The notes below the pieces were generated by a model. It saw only the letters and a list, made by a program, of their open reading frames with translations. It searched no databases and was not told the origin of the DNA. From positions 496,001-559,403 of the forward strand of contig NW_005434630.1 in NCBI RefSeq assembly GCF_000315625.1: DNA of 63,403 bases, written 5' to 3'. The position numbers were made by a program, and so were the translations under genes. The DNA comes from Guillardia theta CCMP2712 (lineage: Eukaryota > Protista > Cryptophyta). Positions 44,999-57,245 of the stretch are shown piece after piece. How positions within the stretch are numbered: the first letter of the stretch is position 1; the number at the start of each line of letters is the position of its first letter.

Positions 44999-47809
44999 AT
45001 GGTGGGACCCAACGAGGAGGCAGGGAAGATGCTCAAGGAGGCGGCGAAGAAGGCGAGAAGCGAAGGCATGGCGAAGGCTCTCCTCAAGGCCGCCAGAAAT
45101 GTGAGCGCATGTCCCCTCCCCATCAGGAGCAAGCACGAGGCCATGGCGATCAAAGGGGTGGGTGAGAAGATCGCTGGTATGATTATGAGGATGATCGAGG
45201 GGAGGGGAGCAGGTCAGGCAGACGAGGTGGATCATGATGCAGCTCAGCCTCGAGATGTTGCTGGAGCTCTGACAGGCGAGAGCGCCTCCATGCTTGAGAC
45301 CGACCGACATCGCGAGGGGGAGCAAGGAAAGAAAAAGCGGAGGCGGGAAAACAAAAATGCGAGCAACGAGGCGGAGGACGAGACGTCAGAACCTGCTCAT
45401 CGACCAGACCGACAGTACCAGCCGAAGACAAGGAGCGGAGCATACGCTCTCCTGATAGGTCTGTATAGGATGGAGAAGGTGCTCTCAGTGAAGCTCCTTT
45501 GCGGAGGGAGGGGCTGAACTGCGAGCAGGGGATAGGAACGGGAGTGTGCGTACGACCTGATCGAGAGACTCTCGCGAAGTTCTCGCAGCAGGTAAGAGGA
45601 TGGAAGACGTTGTGATCATGTGCTGAAGCTGCTGCAGTGGGCAGATGAGAGGATTCTGTGCGATAGAGCGCATTATTGTGGATGGGACTCCATGAACAGG
45701 ACCCTGGTGTGCTGTCGGTTGTCGTGGCGGAGGTTGTTGATGCTGCTCAGGTTCCCAAGGGTCTTGTCCAGGCATACAGGAATGGTCCCCGCAAAGTCTT
45801 TGAGCTGTCTCAAGAGGGGAGGGCGCTGGCGGAGGCGTTGAACGTCAGAGTATTGGAGTCAGAAACAGGAGAAGCAGGGGGAGGATCAGGAAGCGAGGTG
45901 AAGGGAATTCTACTCGTTGCTTCTCTGACTGTCTCGGGCAGTCTGTAGCGACAACAAGCTCGATCGGGGACAGGAGGCCAGGAGATCGCAACGTCGGGAG
46001 GTGATGACATGTCAGGTCGAGGTAGCGGAATGATCCTGTTGATGACAGTCACGAGCCTTCTGACTTGCGGGCCTGTGAGCTCGTCGGAGAGTCAGCGGTG
46101 AGATAGTAAGTCCAGCTACAGCCGAGCTGATCTCCTCGCGTCAGGCTGGCTCGCGTCGCCTGCCCGATGGGTCGAAGCTGGAGGTTCTGCTGCTGGTGGA
46201 CAACAACGAGCCCCCTGAGGTTCTTCACTTCGTGGAGGCGAAGCACATCAGGTCAAGTCGCCTCCTCCTGCTCCCAGTGCGTGATCTGATCCGATAGGTA
46301 CAAGAGGACGCAGCTCATGATCGGAGACTTCATGTGGGTTGCCGTCCCGCAGGTTGGACGCTGGAAGAGGAGGAGGCGGTGGTGGTGGCGGCTGCTGAAG
46401 AGGAGGTGGTGGCTGAAGAGAAGGAGGCTGAGAAGGGTCTACAGGGTCAAGAAGTCGCATCTGTGAAGCTTGAGGATGCTGTGAGCTTCTGGTCGTCCAC
46501 ATCCTCCCCTGGCGACTCACTCGCTCCCCCAGATTGTCCTGGACTTCATCATCGAGCGCAAGAGCGTCAGCGACCTGCACAGCAGCGTCATCTCCAAGCG
46601 ATACGAGTCGCAGAAGTACAGGCTGCAGCGATCGGGTGAGGAGGGAGGAGGAGGGAAGAGGGACGAGTGAAGGCTTGTGCTCCACAGGCTTCAGCAGGAT
46701 CGTCTACCTGCTTGAAAACTCAGTGGACGGAATGAGGCAGTCCGGGTACCACGGTTAAGAGAAGCGAGCGGACAAGGTGCTGTGCTGAACGAGTTAGCAG
46801 ATGTGACGGAGGAGGTGGAGAAGCGAATACGAAGCTCGACTGTTGACATTCAGATTCACAGTCAGTTCTTCCTGCACCAGACTGGCAACTGGAAGGTCAG
46901 AGATCGACCTAATCTCCATATCACTCCCTTCTCCCTCCTCTCCCTCCTCCTCTCCCTCCTCCTCTACTGTCGCTTCCGCCATTTGCCCACGTTGCTCTTC
47001 TCCGATGACTCACGTTCCTTCCAGGAGACTGTCGATCTGCTGCACCTTATGACGCAAAAGATATCTTTGATGCTGAGAAACCAAGGCCTCTCCTCTGACG
47101 TTGCCATGCTCATTGAGCATGACCTCGTCACCTTCAAGGCTTTCTCGGTACCTCAACACTCATCCTCTTCCCCCCGTGTCATCCCCACCCTCTGCTCCTC
47201 CTCCTCCTCTCTTCCGGAACCTCTTCTCTTCTCCCTTCCCTGCTTCTGCTCCTCCCCCTTGTTGTTCTCAATCTGTAAACTCTGTCTGCTGTTACGGCTC
47301 CTCCTAAAAGTTCGACTGGCAGGACCGCATGAAGAACTTGTCCTCTCGCACTTTCTCGGAACTTCTGCAGATCCAGGTGAGGAAGGAGGAGACTAGGAGT
47401 AGGAGAACTGCGGTGGGGAAGGGACATGTGTAGAACTACTCGAGCAGTGGGTGTGAGGAGCAGAGAAGACCAAGGGAGGGGAGCAGCAGCAGCAGCAGCA
47501 GCAGGTCACAACGTCGGTGGTGGTGAGACCGTGGCAGCTGGCTAGCGCTGTTCAAGGCCTCGGCTCCAAGGCGGTCGACACCCTCGTCGAGGAGTTCGCG
47601 ACGCTCCCGGCGCTTCTTGACTTCTGCCGCCGCTGCCAGTCGCTGGAAAACTTCAAGAAGATCGTCACGTGGGTGCTGGCCGCCTCCCTCCAGCTGCTGA
47701 CGAGCTGAGCAGGCAGAAGTTCCGTGAGAAGAACAATAGGGCGCTGAACCCGAAAGTGATCGAGAGGTTGTGGATGCTTTGCGAAGGGAGGGAGGGCGGA
47801 CAAGAATAG
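44999..47809 (+). CDS. MUS81: Crossover junction endonuclease MUS81
   Basis: N-terminal HhH IKGVGEKIA and winged helix YQPKTRSGAYALL. ERCC4 nuclease motifs LLLVDNNE, GDFMWV, ERKSVSDL, RYESQKYRL and IVYLLE. C-terminal HhH VQGLGSK. Confidence 0.9.
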
Positions 47810-48130
47810 AGATAGAGAGAAGGGGGAGAGGAGGAGGAAGACGAGGTTCAAACAAGATGCGGTGGAGCAAGCGGAGTCTGCGAGATAAAACCGAGGGAGA
47901 GAGCAGGGACGAGAGGCGCAAGGTTGACTTGAGTGATTCATTTAAGCTTGTTGAGAACCATGTCAGGTGGCAGTCCGAGATTGCTTCACTCCCTGTCAGC
48001 CTCTGCCTTGTGCTGCTTACCTGCACAAGTTAATCTCCTCCTCCTCATCTCCATGACGATCCTCATGCTCTCGCCCTCCCTTCCTGAGAGATGGAGGGGT
48101 GAGCAGAGAGCGAGACGACGAGAACCCTAC

Positions 48131-50564
48131 TCAGGCATTCTTCTGCTGCTTCGTCACAATCTCAGCATTCGCATCCCCCATGTCTGGTGTGACTGACACC
48201 ACAATGTCCTCCTGGTCGTTCTGGTCGTCCTGGGGCCCATCGCCTCCTCCAGTCGTGTGCTCTTGCGACTCTCGGTCTTCTACCGCCGCATGCACGTTGC
48301 TGTAAAGCGTTGCGATCTTCTCCTCTTTCTCCCCGTGGAGCTCTTTGAGGAGCTCGTAGAACTCGTTGAACGTGAGCGCCTCTGAACCTCCATCCTCTAG
48401 CGTCCGCTCGTCCACCTTGGAGGAGGAGAACTTCTCCAGCTCGTGCGCGATCTCTATCGCCTGCTTGCGCGTGATGCGACCCGAGCCGTCCGCAGCCCTC
48501 GAGAAGTGTTGCTGCAGCTGATCCTTGGTCTTGCCGGCCACCAGGATCGAGTGGATCCCAGGGCCCATGTAGGAGGCGAGGGCGATCTCCCGCGCCAGCC
48601 TCCTCCTCACGGCCTTCTTCGCTCCTGCCAGCGCCACGCTGGTGGACGGCGAGATGCCCTTTACCTTGACGACGATGTCCTTCATGGTGCGCATGGAGGA
48701 GGAGTCGAGCCGGTTCACTCCCGACAGGTCGAGCACGAGACGCCGCAGCTCCCCCCTCGGCTTGTCCGTCTCAGACACCATGTGGAGCGCGAGCTTGACC
48801 TCGTGCAGCACGGCGTCGCGGAACCCGTTGCAGTTGGCGAACCACAAGTCCATGTCCTGCCAGCGAGTCAGAGCGAGCGACAAGCACTTACGTCACTCAC
48901 AAAGCGGATAATGAGGATGCCGGGGACTGGAACGGCAGACTCCATGACCTTCATGTCATGGTAGTTGTGCGTGCCGGGCACTTGACCCAGTACGGAATAA
49001 GTGGGGCTCGAAGTCTGAAAAAGGAGCGCGATGATGGAGCAGGCGAAACCGACGGCAAGGCCGAGCTCAGCACCGAGCAGAAGGGTGGCCATGAAGGTGA
49101 CGCTGAAGGCAATGAGCTCCTCCCAGGCCTCCAGCTGGTACAGGTGCCACGGCTCGTGGGTGTCGAGGAGTCCAGACACGGCGATGATGACGATGGCACC
49201 CAGCACGGGCTTGGGGAGGTAGTAGAAGAGAGGAGTCAGAGCTCCCAGCACGATCAGCATCAGCAGCCCTGAAATGATGCCAGCCAGCTGCGTCCTCGAA
49301 CCTGCATTGGCGTTCACAGCTGAGCGACCGAACCCTCCGGCTGCTGGGTAGCAGCGGAAGAAGCTGCCGACGATGTTTGAGACGCCGAAGGCGACGAGCT
49401 CTTGGTCGGGGTTGATGGCGTAGCCGTTCTTGTTTGCATACGTTAGGCCGACAGCGATGGACTCCATGTACCCCAGCATAGAGCTGATCAGCACAAATGA
49501 GAAGAGCGCTCCCATCCCTGTCGACGGCAACTCAGGTGCCTGCGGGACAGGAACACCAGCCGGGATAGTTCCGCAGATCTTGAAACCTGACTTGTCCAGA
49601 CGGGCTCCCCACGAGATCTGCTCAAACAGAAGCGTCACGAGGCAACAAGGCGAGGACAATGGCCACCAGAATTCCGATGACGACGATGAGCATCGCCGAG
49701 GGAACTTTCCTCAGCCTGGGAACTTTCTTGAACACCATCAAGAACGCCATGACTCCGATGCCCATCAGAACGGACGGCCAGTGAGCCTCACCCAACCGAG
49801 CCAGCATGTCTACAATCACAACAAATGTGTTGTTCGATTCGCTCAGGGAGTATCCCAGCACATGCTTCATCTGGCCCAGCCCTGCAGCAGAGTTACAGGA
49901 GCAGCGGGTAGCCACAGGAATAGTCACCGATGATGATGGCAGCTGCTGAGGTGAAACCGGCGACGACTGGATGCGAGAGGAAAGAGGTCAAGAAGCCAAG
50001 CTTAAACAATCCCAGCGCGAGCTGAAACAAGCCGGAGAGGAAGGAGGATGCAATAGCTAGCTTGATGAAGGCGGGGTTTGCACTTCCATCCTCTAGCTTT
50101 GCTGGAGCGATGGAGTTCAGACCATGCGAGACCAGCAGCGAGACGATGGCGACAGGGCCGACGGCGAGCTACAGCACAGCACGAGTGAGCCAAGAGCAAG
50201 AAGATGAGGGAGGAGGGACCTGTCTGGACGTTCCTAGAAGACCGTAGACGATGAGAGGGAAAGAGCCCGTGTAGAGGCCGTAGATAGGAGGAAGGTTGGC
50301 AACGAGTGCATACGACATGCCTTGAGGAACGAGAAAGAACCCTACCGTGAGACCCGCGAATATGTCCCCCATTAGGTCCTCCCGCCATCCTCCGTTGATG
50401 TATTTGGGGATCCATACAGTAGAGGGGACGAGGCTGCTGAGCTGGTACTGACTCTTCAAGAAGCTCAGAGCTCTGTGCTTGAACGGCGGTGGTTTGTACT
50501 CGTCAAGATACTCAGTGCGCAATAGATCGACATTCTGGTCCTCCCGCTTGTCCTCGCGGTCCAT
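48131..50564 (-). CDS. SulP/SLC26 anion transporter with a STAS domain and an EF-hand-like insertion
   Basis: GDIFAGLTVG..VPQGMSYA..LPPIYGLY, NPDQELVAFG..GFGRSAVN..G.RTQL and STAS LVLDLSGVNRLDSS. Start MDRED at 50564. Confidence 0.92.
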
Positions 50565-51347
50565 GCCGAAGAAGAAGGGTTTGACCGCAAGTGGATGAGG
50601 AGCAAGTGACGAGTAGAACAAAGAAGGAGATGAAGGTGTAGCTTGATCTGGACTCACAAGGACGAGGAAGCTAGAAGGGGAGGAGAGGAAGGAGGAGAGG
50701 GAGAGGGGGAGAGAGGGAGGAAACAGAATCCTCAAAACAAACTATACAGTCGGTGGGGGGGGGGGGGGGGACGATTGACGGGGGTGGTATCGAAATGATG
50801 GGTGGGGGTGAGATAATGTAGGGTGATGAGTGGTCTTTATTGGTACATATAAATGATAAAAAGGGGGTAGGGTAAAGCTTTTGTTGTGGTTTGTGTTCAC
50901 AGAGTGATTTTGTTTTATGGAAGGGTAGGGTACTCGACGACAATTTTTTTTTCGGATAGAGATTTCAATTTTTTGTAAAACTTTTCAAATTTAAAGATTA
51001 TAATTTCAATAAAGCAGCAGATTTGAGAGTTTAGCCGCTAGGTGCACAGCACGACGGTCCTGACATGATAGATAGGGGTAGTAAGATATGAAAGTAGGGG
51101 GTAGGGGTATCTCCAGTAGTAAAGTCGCAGAGGACAAGTCCCGCCGTTACTCTGTGACTGGATCATGACCGGGTCCTTTGAGTCAATTTATAGGGGTGGT
51201 GGTGACATGGTGGGGGGATGGCGGGTCCTGACGGGACGTGACTGGTCATGTACTATAAATCTCAGTGACAGGACCACTTCCCAACCCCCGGGTGCTCTGA
51301 CTCCGACGGGCCCAGGTGGCTGAAGAGGCAGGGGAGCGAAGAGGCGA

Positions 51348-51556
51348 ATGCTGTCGCAGCTCAAGGAGAAGGCGCAGGGAGGAGCCGCCGCAGCCAAGAG
51401 CGCGCATGGCAAGAAGTTCTTCGGGAAGAACGGTAGGACATGTACAAGCTGATGTCCCTTGCTTCTCGCTTGCTGTGGGCTCTTGCTCGGGTAGGATCCT
51501 ACTCCCTACTACACGTGCCCGAGTGGGGAGTAGGAACCTACTCCCTCCTCGCTTAG
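51348..51556 (+). CDS. Possible small spliced protein
   Basis: GC-rich exon-like block plus a GTAG..TAG intron (about 51433-51494). The reading frame is ambiguous. Confidence 0.25.
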
Positions 51557-51848
51557 CACCGCGCTTCCGTTCCTTGGTTCCTCCCATGTGTGAGCTAGAA
51601 TCCGACTGCACGTAGAAGAAGATGTCGCCTTGATGTGCTGCGAAAGATTATGATAACAGTAACAGCCTGCATCGCCTTTGTTTCTTGTCATGCTCCATGG
51701 GTAGTGATAGCTTGCAACTGTTCCGATTGCCGTGTTTGAATGCCTTTGTGATGGTTTGCTGATATTTTCTTATCAGAAGGAGTTTGGACGCTTTGGAACC
51801 ACTTTTTTTGAGCGTTTGGTGTTGAAAGCAAAGTGATCTCTGGGGGAC

Positions 51849-52091
51849 ATGTTGTCTCGGCTCCTGCTGTCTGTGTTGTCCGTCGATCCATCAGTTCCTC
51901 TCTTCGGAGAGAAGCCGTATCCCTATGGTGAGGGCGAGGTGGAAAGAGTGAAGTACCCTTGCACGTCTTTCGGCAAGGGAGGAAGTGATCAAGGATGTCC
52001 TGACTGCATGAATGAGCCGCCGACCGGAACTTGGTACTTCTACATGGATCCGACCTGGGATTTTTCGGCGGACGAACCGAAGAAGCGTTGA
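51849..52091 (+). CDS. Small 80-aa hypothetical protein
   Basis: Clean ORF with coding-like composition inside AT-rich flanks. Hydrophobic start and a Cys/Trp/Pro-rich body. Confidence 0.6.
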   Translation: MLSRLLLSVLSVDPSVPLFGEKPYPYGEGEVERVKYPCTSFGKGGSDQGCPDCMNEPPTGTWYFYMDPTWDFSADEPKKR

Positions 52092-52171
52092 AGATTGATT
52101 GTGACAGAAATAAAATTTTGAACTGCTAAATGTGGTTCGAGACATTTACAAATGATATCCGATCTAGGGTT

Positions 52172-53564
52172 TCAGGCTGCACAGACGCAATTGCCGTTGT
52201 TGCAGGTGGAGCATTCGCTGCCAAGAGTCGTGCAGTTGAACACGCAACGACCTGACTTGCAAGTGTAGGAGGAGTAGCTTGGAGGCCGATTGCTAGAATC
52301 TCCGCAATGTTCCCCGACTTGTCGAGGTGTCGCGCATCGACAGTTGTTGCCAGCACAGTTAGGGCAGAAGTTGGGATCCGAACACATGAAGCCACAGATT
52401 TCTCCTCTGGCGCACTCCGCAGAGAAGTGGAAGGGGTTGCTGTGCTTCGACGCGTCTGAGAAGCTTGCCCCACAAGTCCTGGCTCGGCGGCTGTCGGCTC
52501 GACCCTCAGTCAACATCTCATCGCGCAGTGCGACAGCAACGGCGGGAGGAGGAAGTTCGCAATGGTCCCATCGAGCTCTATCCCCAGATGTCTGGATGTA
52601 TCCTGCTTGCCCACATTCTCCTCTGGTCTTGCACCACGAGGTTCCCTTGCTGCCTGGAACCGCCACACACTGTCGATGTACTCGTCCCTTGTACAGGAAA
52701 GGGAAGTCGCACTCGCAGCCCTTGACTGTCCGAACCATCGGGTCCTCGCAGTAATCCCACGAGCCCTCTGCCTCCGTGTGTCCGCATCCATCATGCGTGT
52801 AGCACCAGGCGCGATCGCGTCCTCTCCTTGTGCAAGAGTGGAAGACCTCCCCCTCGTATTCAAATGAGCCCTTGCAGGAGCACCCGCCAACCGTGCCGGT
52901 GCCCCCGCGCCTTCTCCTCTTCTCATTGCTGACGCTGCTCTTCTCTGGCGAGTTGAGACTGTGAAGCTTGGAGGGATGGGAGCGCAGGCTCGTCTCTTTC
53001 GGCTGCAGAACCTCTTCAACCGCGTTCATCGCTGCCTTGGTGATGTCTCGGCTCACTATCGTTTCAGGAGCTTCGTAACTTCTGGGTAGCGACGGATTCT
53101 CCTGCTCTTCAGCTGGTTCCAACAGGTTCAGCATCGCGTGTTGGATTGAGTTTGAGACAATTTGCTGCACAGCCGACGGGTTATAGCTCGCTACACGCGA
53201 CTGTTCGACCCCGGACCAGGAGCCGTCGCGTGGGTGATAATGAGCTATCCTCTTGATGCGCAAGTTGCCCTGTAGGCGCTTTCAGAACAGAAGGCAAGAG
53301 GGCAAGAGGAGGAGCTACCTGCACATACTCTCCGTTGACTACTCCATGTACACTGGCGAGGCCTGAATCATGACTACCGGGGGGAAAGTAAACCTTGTCG
53401 ATGACTATGTTCTTCATCAAGGGGTTCCCTGGGCCCAGATGAACGCGGACATGACGGGACGTCTGTAACAGAGAGGAGATGCTCGAACGCTGGCTTAGAG
53501 ATAGCAACACGACAGCACAGGCAGAGAGGAAAGCCAGCCCACAAGCAACATGCTTCATCTGCAT
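52172..53564 (-). CDS. Secreted or membrane-anchored protein with two FN2-like modules and a Cys-rich C-terminus
   Basis: N-terminal hydrophobic segment and an intron at about 53271-53318. Modules C.C...FEYEG..FHSCT....AWC....SWDYC and C.CDFPFLYKG....C....SWC....RWDHC. Confidence 0.75.
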
Positions 53565-53850
53565 CCTCCCTCCTGGTGTGACTAGCAGGGTCTCAGAATC
53601 GAGAGCAGCCGGTCAATCTCCGAGCATGGTGTGATCTCCTACCTCTCGTTCATGCCTCGTCCTCTCCCTCGATCGCCCAACCCGCTCTGCTTCCTCCTAC
53701 TCCTGTCGCGTCTCCTCACTCCCCTTCCAACAACACCACCCCAACCATTGAAGTACCCTACCCATCCTTTGTATGTAATAATGTCAAAATATAACCCCCA
53801 CACAAATACCCCTACCCCCTGGGGACGAAATTCCTTGGAAACGAGGAGAC

Positions 53851-54171
53851 ATGGCAAGGGCGAGATGGTTGGTGGTGGCGGCGATGGCGGCGATGGCGAT
53901 CCTCGGGCACAGCACGAGAGCTGCTGAATGTTACGACAAGCCGGGATGGCACAGCCCGCAGAACGACTTGGTGACATGCTCGTGGTTTGCGGCGCCTCCA
54001 AAGAACGACGAGTACAACAAGTGCTCCACCTTCAACCGAGCCTTCGACGTGTACGATGGGCACACGGCGAGCTCAGCATGCTGTACATGTGGTGGAGGTT
54101 GTAGACCGGCAATCCTGACAGGAAATGATCCATCGTGTAACGTCTCGTGGGTGTACACTGGCACCGTGTAG
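53851..54171 (+). CDS. Small secreted Cys-rich protein with a C-D..GW...C.W...A..ACC.CGGG module
   Basis: Signal peptide WLVVAAMAAMAILG and motif ASSACCTCGGGC. Confidence 0.7.
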   Translation: MARARWLVVAAMAAMAILGHSTRAAECYDKPGWHSPQNDLVTCSWFAAPPKNDEYNKCSTFNRAFDVYDGHTASSACCTCGGGCRPAILTGNDPSCNVSWVYTGTV

Positions 54172-54962
54172 CGATACCGCAGATGTCACCTGTGCACAAT
54201 GTAGACAGCGCCAGTACACGACTGGTTGATTGGCGTTACTAGGATACTATGCTGTTTCCTTCCCTCCTTGGGAGATCAACCTTCACCCCCCCTCTCTTAA
54301 CGTTTCTGCAAACGAATGCTGTGTCAATAACTGTACAATAAACTCTTTCTTTACCAAGACAACGGAAATGCGATTTACATCCTCGTGCTCTAACTCGGCA
54401 AGGCATCGACGTTTGCTCGACTTCACGTCCTTGTCTCTGATTGCTCGCACGGCTTCTAAGTTCGGATGGATGGAACGAGTGACGATGAGACCTCTAGCAC
54501 GATGCCTGTTGAAATAAACGTTGGCGGTGGGAAGGGAAGGGTTGGGATGGGGATTGGAATTGGAATGGAATGGGGAAGGGGGAAAGAGGAACAAGAAAGA
54601 GATCGTCAGAGCAAGAATGAAAGAATGAAGGTCTTGCAGGTGTGTATGAAGACAGCATCTACTCGATACTTGTTTTCTCCTCTCGGCGTTGCGAGAGCCA
54701 CTCGCATTGCCCTCTAGAATGACAAGCATCATCGAGCGTGTGCCAGACGAAGAAAAGGAGGAGAAGGAGGCTGTCATGGGATGATCTTTCTTTTCTGCTT
54801 ACTGAGGTGCCGAATGGCGTCGATGTCCTGCCCTTTGCTCTCTGTCAACTCTACGGTGCTACATGCGAGATCACCTCCTCATGGTTTTCAACGCGTTCTT
54901 TATTATCTTCTGCTCTCTGTCAACTCTACATCACCTCTCTGTATGGTTTCTCTCCCCACCCC

Positions 54963-55334
54963 TCAGTCCTTGGTGAGTTGCTTCAGCTCAGCTTCAAGCT
55001 GCTCCCTTGCTTGATCGATCTTGATGATGTCCGGGTGCTCTTCCAACGCCTTGTTGAGGTCTTTGGGTTTTGCTTTCACTTTCTTTGCCAGAGATGTCGA
55101 ATTCTCCACGATGCGGCTGCGAAACTCCAAAAGCTCCGCAAGCACTGACCTGATCTCGTCAGCTCTGGTACCCGCGCTGTTCGCGTCGCACATGGAGACC
55201 TTCAAAGGAGAGCGGTTGACCAGAGCATTCTGAGACAGAGGGAGACGAAGCGAGAGGGAGGGCGAGGGCGAGGGGGCGAGGAAGGCAGAGGCAGCTGACG
55301 CCATGAGCGCGAGGCCAGCGACTCGTCGTGCCAT
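54963..55334 (-). CDS. Plastid-targeted small helical protein of unknown function
   Basis: Bipartite leader MARRVAGLALMASAASAF-LAPSPSPSLSLR, then a coiled-coil mature part. Confidence 0.8.
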   Translation of the reverse strand: MARRVAGLALMASAASAFLAPSPSPSLSLRLPLSQNALVNRSPLKVSMCDANSAGTRADEIRSVLAELLEFRSRIVENSTSLAKKVKAKPKDLNKALEEHPDIIKIDQAREQLEAELKQLTKD

Positions 55335-55631
55335 GGCGGCCGATAAATGTGTCAGAGAAGCTTTCGGAGACAGCAGCACTACCCTACCATCAAGACCACC
55401 CTCCTGCTTGACTACCCCTCCATTCATCACAGCAAGCCTTCTATGACCCCTTTTTTCCCTGTTGTAAAACCCGTACCTTGACTACCCACAAATGGCTACA
55501 CCCACCCCCACCCCCATTCACTCGAAAACAACTGTCCTGGTCAACAGTCCTATGAGGACCCTGAGGCAAGCCCGTATTTTCATTAACTAAAACATCACTC
55601 TAGCAGGAAGCATCAGTGAGTCATAGAACAT

Positions 55632-56988
55632 CTAGCGGGCGATGCTGCTGCGACTTCCTTTCCTGCTGAGAGTCGCGGTGTAGGAAGTTCTCGTAGACTC
55701 TGACCGCCAGTCCGTCCCCTCCCCGTCAGAGTCAAAGGAGTCCGGTGAGTCCTCCCGGGTGAAGGCGTAGAGTAGCTTGCTCGTGTGCGCGCTGGAGAGC
55801 TCGCTGGTGACCAGCTTCTGTTGTACGAACGTGGTGACCACGTCCTCAGCCTGCAGCTCCTCCTGTGCAAGCAACTGTCACAACAGCGAAGAGAAGATGG
55901 TCACAGGAAGATGATGCATACTTCGTCCTCCTCCTCATCTGATGCAGACAGGACGACCTGCGGCTTCGGATTCGGAGCGAGCCTCCTTTCAGCAAGCTCA
56001 ATGTAGTCGACCTCCATCTCCCTGGTCGCGTCCTTCCTCCTCACTCGCAAGTTGTGCCTGCACCATCTCAGCACATCTCCTTCGACACCTTCGACGCACT
56101 TCTGCAGCTTGACAAGAAAATCTTTCTCAGCTTGTTCCAAGGTAGGGACTGAGTCTTCTCTGCAGCTACCATCAGGTTCTCGTGCATCAGAGGAAGGAAG
56201 AACAATGGAAGAACACGCTTGCTCCGCACCTCCCCGTCAACTTCTGTTTCTGCTGCTTTGAGCTTCTTTCGCGGAGGCTCCTGGACGCCGACGACCCTCG
56301 TCTGCCCGTTCGGCCTAACACCGCGCCTGCGGTTTCACCTGGTCGAGGTTGCTGCTGCTGGAACTTCCCGTCCCCCGTTATGCTGAGGTGTCTCAGGTCG
56401 ACGATGTCTCCACTCGCAGTCAGAATTCTCTCTGCCCTCCTCTGCTGGACCTTAGCAGCGCCATATGTGGGGTCCTGACGGTTGGGGCGAATGAGAACGA
56501 CAGACAGTACAAGCCTTGACGAGTGCTACCTGACAAGCGCTTCTTTGCCTGCCCTCGCGTTCTCTCCTCCTCTCCTCCAGCCAAGCGTCTATCGCTCCGC
56601 CTGATGGCTGCGAGGCATGATAGACGACACCGCTGACTTCCTCGAGAGGGAGTACAGGATGACCTTGACCTGCCGCAAAGAGGTCAGGAGTTGCGTCAAA
56701 ACAAGCAAAAGCGTGCCGCTTCCTAGACTTGATCGTATTAGTGCCATCTGTGCGACTGCCGTGTCGTGCGCTTGCTGCTCCAACGCCTTGAGCCGCCTCT
56801 CAATCCTCTGCTCGTCCGACTTGTCTGTCTCTGCAGAAGAGCATCAAGAAGAGAAGGAGCCCTGGACGGGAGGGGAGCGTGCCTGAGAGCGGCCAGTGCT
56901 CCTTGTACACCTGGTACTTGCTGTACGCCATCCTCATGGCGTCCTGCTCCATGCCCGTCGGCATCGGCGGGGTTGGAGGTCTAGCCAT
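55632..56988 (-). CDS. Hypothetical coiled-coil protein (multi-exon)
   Basis: Exon-like ORFs MARPPTPP..., EQQAHDTAVAQMALIRS, EQAEKDFLVKLQKC and AQEELQAEDVV, separated by short introns. Confidence 0.6.
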
Positions 56989-57245
56989 GTTGATGGTGGG
57001 TCAGGCAGTGGAACAGGGGGTAGGGTGATTTAAAAGGGAAAGAGTGGGGTGGGTGGGTAAATTGATAGGCAAGATGCGACCGGATGGAGGCGTGGCGAGG
57101 GAGGGGGACGGGAGGACAAGATGCAGCGGGGAGAGAGGAAGAGAGGAAGAGATACTGAGGAGGAGAGGAAGAGACTGAGATCCCGATGAGGGCGGCGCTG
57201 CGTGCCAAGACGAGGTCGAGTACTGAGACCAGTTTCGATCCCAAC

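Noticed and set aside
5373-50564. Sulfur-assimilation cluster (PAPS reductase + SulP)
   Set aside because: The genes are more than 40 kb apart with many unrelated genes between them, and the SulP substrate is unknown.
54283-54929. 164-aa minus ORF and a 19-bp direct repeat (54836-54854, 54911-54929)
   Set aside because: No recognisable product, and the repeat is too short and isolated to call an element.
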